NCBI GenBank assembly: GCA_046761065.1
Contig: JBHIFL010000066.1
Location: forward strand, 1 to 22,104
Direction: 5' to 3'
Length of the DNA stretch: 22,104 nt
From: Candidatus Heimdallarchaeota archaeon
GTDB taxonomy: Archaea > Asgardarchaeota > Wukongarchaeia > Wukongarchaeales > JBHIFL01
Part shown: positions 17,161 through 22,104 of the stretch, piece by piece
Position numbering within the stretch: the stretch's first letter is position 1
How the letters are laid out: each line of letters starts with the position of its first letter
Position numbers and translations under genes: made by a program
Notes under the pieces: generated by a model
Databases searched by the model: none
What the model was told of the DNA's origin: nothing
Seen by the model: the letters and a program-made list of their open reading frames with translations, nothing else

Positions 17161-18072
17161 ATGAGGATTGTGCGATACAAATCCGATAAAGGCTTATGTA
17201 TTGGACTTTGGGAAGAGAATGAAATAATAGACCTAACCCAGCTGGACACATTACACTTCAAATCATTTATAGATCTAGCCATCAATGCTTATGAGAAGAA
17301 AGTTAGCATTGAAGACCTCATCAAGAATGCGATGGAAGCCAGTTCCGGTGATTTAGATACTTACCAATACAATGAACTTGACAAATCGAGCGGATCCAAG
17401 CGATTAGTTGTTCCCATTGATCCACCCGAGGTTTGGGGTTGTGGTGTGACATACAAACGGAGTCGAGCAGCAAGAGAGTTTGAGACAGGTGTAAAAGGAA
17501 TTTATGACCTCGTATACGATTCGGAACGACCTGAAATCTTCTTTAAAGGAACAGCTAGCCGTTGTGTTGGTCCCAATGAAAACATTGGGTTGAGGGGAGA
17601 CTCCCACTGGAGTGTCCCGGAGCCAGAACTCGCTTTTATTCTAGGACCAAAACAAAAACTTGTGGGTTTCACTGGTGGGAATGATGTTTCGGCAAGAGAT
17701 ATTGAAGGAGAGAATCCATTATATCTCCCACAGGCAAAGATCTTTGCGGGTTGTTGTGCCCTAGGCCCATCAATTGTAACCGTTGAAGAAGTAGGAACCG
17801 AGCCCAAGCTCGAAATTGAGTGCGAGATATTTCGCTTAGAAAAACGGGTGTTTAAAGGATCAACAAACACAGCTATGATGAAAAGAAGTATAAAGGAACT
17901 CAAATCTTATCTTTGTAGGTATAATCCTATCCCTGCGGGATCAGTCTGCCTAACAGGCACAGGAATTGTGCCACCGGATGACTTCTCACTGGAAGAGGGA
18001 GATATGGTTGAAATTAGCATTGAGAAGATAGGCAAGTTGAGGAATCGCGTAGAAAGGAAAACAATCCTCTAA
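17161..18072 (+). CDS. Fumarylacetoacetate-hydrolase-family enzyme, 2-keto-3-deoxy-pentonate dehydratase (KdaD/XacE-like)
   Basis: PEVWGCGVTYKRSRAAR, YDLVYDSERPEIFFK, WSVPEPEL, NDVSARDIEGENPLYLPQAK, TGTGIVPP are characteristic of the KdaD subfamily. ATG 17161 preferred over 17143. Confidence 0.88.
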   Translation: MRIVRYKSDKGLCIGLWEENEIIDLTQLDTLHFKSFIDLAINAYEKKVSIEDLIKNAMEASSGDLDTYQYNELDKSSGSKRLVVPIDPPEVWGCGVTYKRSRAAREFETGVKGIYDLVYDSERPEIFFKGTASRCVGPNENIGLRGDSHWSVPEPELAFILGPKQKLVGFTGGNDVSARDIEGENPLYLPQAKIFAGCCALGPSIVTVEEVGTEPKLEIECEIFRLEKRVFKGSTNTAMMKRSIKELKSYLCRYNPIPAGSVCLTGTGIVPPDDFSLEEGDMVEISIEKIGKLRNRVERKTIL

Positions 18073-18183
18073 GCATCATTCCACTGCTTACTTTTCTACT
18101 CCAACCCCCAAGGAACAATAACTATGTTTGAGGGATATATTTTAGAAGGAAAATCATTAGCCCAGCAAAAGGAGATTTTTATT

Positions 18184-19650
18184 ATGAAATCAAAATTCAA
18201 GTTTCAATGGTACCAAGAGTTATATCAAAATATTCCTAAGATTCATGAGGAAGCGAGGGAGGTGGCTAAAGAACTCGGCTTAGAACAATTAAGTGGAAAA
18301 ATCGGGTTATATTGTGGGAGTTCATCTGCCCCAGCGGCGCTCCCAAAATATGTCCTTGATACAATACTTGAAGCCAATAAAACCCCTGTATATCCCTTGA
18401 GTAAAGTGGAATATGAACTTAGGGGATTAGTTAAGGACCTTTATGGCGATGAATACGACGTTGCAGTAACGAATACGTGTGAGTCCGCATTGCGAGTGTC
18501 CTATGAGACACTATTTGTCCCACCAACGATGAGGAAGGGGGATGCATACAGGGCCCGGTACATCGTCCCATATCAAGAGGACTTTGATTTCTTAGCAGGC
18601 TATGGGAGACCATTTCCACCGCGATATAAGCATTTAAACATTGATAGGACCGTCTCCGGGGGCGAGTTTGGAATTGAAGCAAAAAGTCTATCAAACCTCG
18701 ATGCCATCATTGTCCGGCTGATTGGGGCTAAATACGAAGCCCATGGAATCAGATATGATATTTGCCCGTTGCTAACGACAACTGATGCTGATAAATCATA
18801 TGAAAAGCTCACAAAAATTGCAATCAACCATGCTAGGGAATTAGTAGGTTTTGTAACGATAGGTTATGATACACCGGGATACGGACACGCGGAGAAGGAT
18901 GCAACTGGCTCACCGAAGCTGATGAAATGGGTCAGTAAGCTTGCGAGCGAATTTGAAGTTCCTTACATCGTAGATAGTGCCAGCTGTCTTCCCGTCATTG
19001 GACTGGGTCCTAAAGATGTAGGCGCTGACGTTATGATGTGGAGTATGGATAAGGTTGCTCGTTCAACCATTTGCGGCCTCATGGTGGGAACAGAAGAAGC
19101 GATGCTCCCCATTAGGAAGGGGTTGGGCTTGGGTGGCCATCGATTTGGGGCTCCTATATCCCATTATAAAGCAGTCTTTTCATTTGCGGATCCGGGAAGG
19201 GATTCCCTTATCGGTTTAATGGCAACTTTGCAAGCTCTACGGGATGAACCTGAATTATTTACAAGGCCTATTGATAAAATGCACACAATCATCGAGGAAG
19301 AATTTAAATCATTGACTCCAAGCCGATTTCGAGAAGCCCTTATAATTACTAAATCCTATACCTTCGGGGGGATTGAGTTGAATTACGAACAAACATGGCA
19401 AGATGATGAATTTGGAATCCCGATCTTTTCAGGAGATGACATGTATACGAACACAAATCCAATTATGTCTGCGCTAGATGAGATGGGGGTCTACCCAACT
19501 ACCATTTACACTGGAAATAGCTTCATATCCCCTGGGTTAGGTACCTTAGACGAGAACGGAGAATTGATCGAAGAAGACACACGACTCGCTGTAAGAGCAT
19601 TAGTTCGTGCTATAGAAATTGTCTGTAAATATGCAGGTTTAACGGAGTAA
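18184..19650 (+). CDS. Uncharacterised fold-type I PLP-dependent enzyme (distantly SelA/DgaE-like)
   Basis: AVTNTCESAL (phosphate-binding helix start), YIVDSAS (PLP-binding Asp), WSMDKVARSTICGLMVG (Schiff-base Lys). ATG 18184 with SD GGAG at 18171-18174 is preferred over 18124. Confidence 0.75.
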   Translation: MKSKFKFQWYQELYQNIPKIHEEAREVAKELGLEQLSGKIGLYCGSSSAPAALPKYVLDTILEANKTPVYPLSKVEYELRGLVKDLYGDEYDVAVTNTCESALRVSYETLFVPPTMRKGDAYRARYIVPYQEDFDFLAGYGRPFPPRYKHLNIDRTVSGGEFGIEAKSLSNLDAIIVRLIGAKYEAHGIRYDICPLLTTTDADKSYEKLTKIAINHARELVGFVTIGYDTPGYGHAEKDATGSPKLMKWVSKLASEFEVPYIVDSASCLPVIGLGPKDVGADVMMWSMDKVARSTICGLMVGTEEAMLPIRKGLGLGGHRFGAPISHYKAVFSFADPGRDSLIGLMATLQALRDEPELFTRPIDKMHTIIEEEFKSLTPSRFREALIITKSYTFGGIELNYEQTWQDDEFGIPIFSGDDMYTNTNPIMSALDEMGVYPTTIYTGNSFISPGLGTLDENGELIEEDTRLAVRALVRAIEIVCKYAGLTE

Positions 19651-19683
19651 TCTGATTAATGAGTAATCTATTGGAGGCATTAA

Positions 19684-20868
19684 TTGAAAACCAATGATCA
19701 ATCTATACCCAGAGCAGGAAATCTCTCCAAGCCCAACAAACAAGGGATTCTTGCCTACAAACGTACCCCCATTGAAATAGAATCCCCAGAACAGTTTGGG
19801 TATGACAAAATCAAATATAATCTAACAGAAAGTTCAGTTCCAGATGTGGTCTTAGATGAACTAGGTGATCTGAATCTGAACAATTTAGTGCTCTGTTATG
19901 GCGATCATCTAGGGAACCCTTCGCTAAGGCAGCGCATCGCTGATGGGGTAGAGGACTTAACCCAAGCTCAAGTGCTAGTTACAACAGGGGCGGCTGCGGC
20001 CTTATTTATTATTGCCACTTCTCTATTAAAACCAAAAGATCACTTAGTGGTTCTGCATCCGAACTATGTCACAAACATTGAAACTCCGAGAGCTATTGGA
20101 TGTCGAGTGGACTATTTACGACTTGAATTTGATAAACAGTTCCATCTCGATCTTGATAAGTTAGAACAACGGATCCAGCCGAATACTCGTTTGATCAGTC
20201 TCACTTATCCCCACAATCCCACCGGATCTATGATTAGTAAAGCTATATTAAAAGATATCATCACTCTTATTGAAGCGAACGGGTGCTATTTGCTTTTTGA
20301 TGAAACTTACAGGGAGATGACATTCGGCCCGCCTCTTCCAATAGCGGCTTCTTTAAGCCCAAACGCGATCAGTGTATCTTCGTTTTCAAAGTCTTATGGA
20401 CTCCCTGGAATTCGAATTGGGTGGCTCATCACTCAAGATAAAACCTTGATGGAAACGTTCCTCGCAGCGAAGGAACAAATTTTCATTTGCAATTCCGTGG
20501 TGGACGAGGAAATTGCCGACCACTTTCTAGCCAAAAAAGACCAATTCTTCCCAAAGACTAAGGCTCACATTCGAACGAACTTTGCGACCATGAAAGCATG
20601 GATAGATAAGAATGATTACCTTGAGTGGATTGAACCAAGCGGGGGCTGCGTTTGTTTCCCAAGGATAAAACCCAGCTTAAATGTCAACCTAGACCTCTTT
20701 TACAAGCTCCTCAATGGGACCTACAAAACCTTTGTGGGACCAGGCCACTGGTTTGAGATGGACCAGCGGTACATGCGAATCGGTTATGGCTGGCCCAGTA
20801 ATCGACAACTCGAGGAAGGGTTGCACTGCATTACTCAAGCCATTGAAGACACTATACCTACTAATTGA
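19684..20868 (+). CDS. Class I/II PLP aminotransferase (subgroup resembling capreomycidine synthase-like proteins)
   Basis: YNLTESS, VTTGAAAAL, PHNPTG, FDETY, SFSKSYGLPGIRIGW, MRIGYG; TTG start with SD GGAGG at about 19673-19677. Confidence 0.9.
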   Translation: MKTNDQSIPRAGNLSKPNKQGILAYKRTPIEIESPEQFGYDKIKYNLTESSVPDVVLDELGDLNLNNLVLCYGDHLGNPSLRQRIADGVEDLTQAQVLVTTGAAAALFIIATSLLKPKDHLVVLHPNYVTNIETPRAIGCRVDYLRLEFDKQFHLDLDKLEQRIQPNTRLISLTYPHNPTGSMISKAILKDIITLIEANGCYLLFDETYREMTFGPPLPIAASLSPNAISVSSFSKSYGLPGIRIGWLITQDKTLMETFLAAKEQIFICNSVVDEEIADHFLAKKDQFFPKTKAHIRTNFATMKAWIDKNDYLEWIEPSGGCVCFPRIKPSLNVNLDLFYKLLNGTYKTFVGPGHWFEMDQRYMRIGYGWPSNRQLEEGLHCITQAIEDTIPTN

Positions 20869-21080
20869 TAGGATTCAGGATCTTGTACTGACCATGAAGG
20901 ATTTTTATATCAATGTTAGAAATATTTCTAAATTAGTTACTGATTTGAATAATAAAATAGGTAGCTTATACACATAAATGGATTATTCGATGCCCCAATT
21001 AGGGTATAATTTTTATACACTTGATTGAATCATCTGTTGGTAAGAAAAATTTAGAAGAAAAGCCTTGGAAGAGGTTTACA

Positions 21081-22070
21081 ATGTCAGAAATAATGATTCT
21101 GTCACAAGAGGAAGTCAGATCATGTCTTCCGATGTGTGACGCCATAAAGGCGGTCGAGGACGCATATAAGGCATTTGCGGAGGGTCGAGTTCAAATGCCC
21201 CCCGTGCAACATTTACACGTCGATAAGTATCGCGGTGAAATCGACATCAAATCTGGCTTCGTTGATGACTTTGGGTTGATCGGAACGAAAATCGCCTCAG
21301 GGTACTACGATAATCCCAAGCAGGGCTTACCTCCCGGTATTGGAATTATAGTCCTACTGGATCTTAAGACAAGTCTCCCACTAGCAGTCATGGATGGAAC
21401 ATACATTACAGCCGTTCGAACAGGGGCGGCGGGAGCGGTTGCCGCTAGAGTACTCGCGAGAAAAGAGTCCAAACAAGTTGGAATGGTTGGCTCAGGAACC
21501 CAAGGCCGGCAACAAGTGTTAGGCCTAAATGAACTCTTTCCCCTCGAGCTGGTGAAGGTCTGGAATATTAATAAAAATGGGCGAGAAAAATACGCCATGG
21601 AAATGAGAGAACGGCTTGGTATAGATGTTCAGGCAGTAAACTCGGTTAAAAGCGCTGTTAGTGAAGCTGATATTGTGGTGACCGCTACTCCTTCTCGAAA
21701 AGCGTTGGTCATGTCGGAATGGATCAAAGAAGGTACTCACATCAACGCAATCGGGGCAGATGGCCCCGGTAAGCAAGAATGGGACCCAAAGATCATGAAA
21801 CGGGCAACAAAAATCGTGGTAGACAGTCTCGCACAGTGTCGTGTAATCGGGGAGCTTCAACACGCGCTCAATCAAGGAATAATTCAAGAAAGTGATGTCC
21901 ACGCAGAGATCGGGGAAATTTTACTTGGAATGAAGGCTGCAAGAGAGACAGAAGACGAGATCACACTATTTGATTCTACTGGGTTGTCGGCCCAAGATAT
22001 CGCAGCTTCTCACATCGTCTATACCCTAGCAAAACGGAAAGGACTTGGACAACGCGTTAAGTTACTTTAA
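21081..22070 (+). CDS. Ornithine cyclodeaminase / mu-crystallin family protein (EutC-like)
   Basis: ITAVRTGAAGAVAA, GSGTQG, ADIVVTATPS, HINAIGAD..GKQE, ITLFDSTGLSAQD. ATG 21081 with SD GAGGT at 21071-21075 is preferred over 21021. Confidence 0.93.
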   Translation: MSEIMILSQEEVRSCLPMCDAIKAVEDAYKAFAEGRVQMPPVQHLHVDKYRGEIDIKSGFVDDFGLIGTKIASGYYDNPKQGLPPGIGIIVLLDLKTSLPLAVMDGTYITAVRTGAAGAVAARVLARKESKQVGMVGSGTQGRQQVLGLNELFPLELVKVWNINKNGREKYAMEMRERLGIDVQAVNSVKSAVSEADIVVTATPSRKALVMSEWIKEGTHINAIGADGPGKQEWDPKIMKRATKIVVDSLAQCRVIGELQHALNQGIIQESDVHAEIGEILLGMKAARETEDEITLFDSTGLSAQDIAASHIVYTLAKRKGLGQRVKLL

Positions 22071-22104
22071 AAGAAGGTTTTATCTCACTAGAAAATATAG
22101 CTAG

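Noticed and set aside
18184-19650. Selenocysteine synthase (SelA/SepSecS)
   Set aside because: Only the generic PLP landmarks match; no selenium-utilisation genes, tRNA-Sec or in-frame TGA-containing intact genes are visible.
1720-21902. The many short alternative-frame or antisense ORFs in the track (e.g. 2240-2539, 3241-3594, 3706-3969, 5708-6061, 9803-10255, 17502-17903, 20714-20977, 21525-21902)
   Set aside because: All overlap well-supported genes or pseudogenes and show no recognisable motifs.
19684-22070. Viomycin/capreomycin-like biosynthetic cluster (VioD-like plus VioK-like)
   Set aside because: No NRPS, arginine hydroxylase or cysteine-synthase-like partner; both families are widespread in catabolic contexts.

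Overview
A 22.1-kb accessory-metabolism region, probably archaeal (archaeal-type VapB, BRE/TATA-like promoters, GGAGG/GGTGA ribosome-binding sites; lineage inferred, not proven). No rRNA, tRNA, CRISPR array, integrase, transposase or transcription-factor gene is visible. It encodes mostly scavenging and catabolic enzymes: an M19 dipeptidase missed by the ORF track, two MFS transporters, two tandem amidohydrolase_2 paralogs, a divergent ketol-acid reductoisomerase, a creatininase-family hydrolase, an atypical SDR, DUF72, an acyl-CoA carboxyltransferase, an aldo/keto reductase, and a co-oriented run of PRTase, KdaD-like dehydratase, unusual fold-type I PLP enzyme, class I/II aminotransferase and EutC-like cyclodeaminase/imine reductase. 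Three toxin-antitoxin-type pairs lie at 3.2-7.1 kb, and two of the toxins carry a single in-frame TAA. The most interesting signals are the 17.1-22.1 kb run (a candidate uncharacterised amino-acid or amino-sugar-acid catabolic pathway), a possible H-type pseudoknot over the ribosome-binding site of the amidohydrolase pair, and a decayed caspase/legumain-like gene in an apparently intergenic gap. All pathway and RNA-structure interpretations are hypotheses from manual reading.
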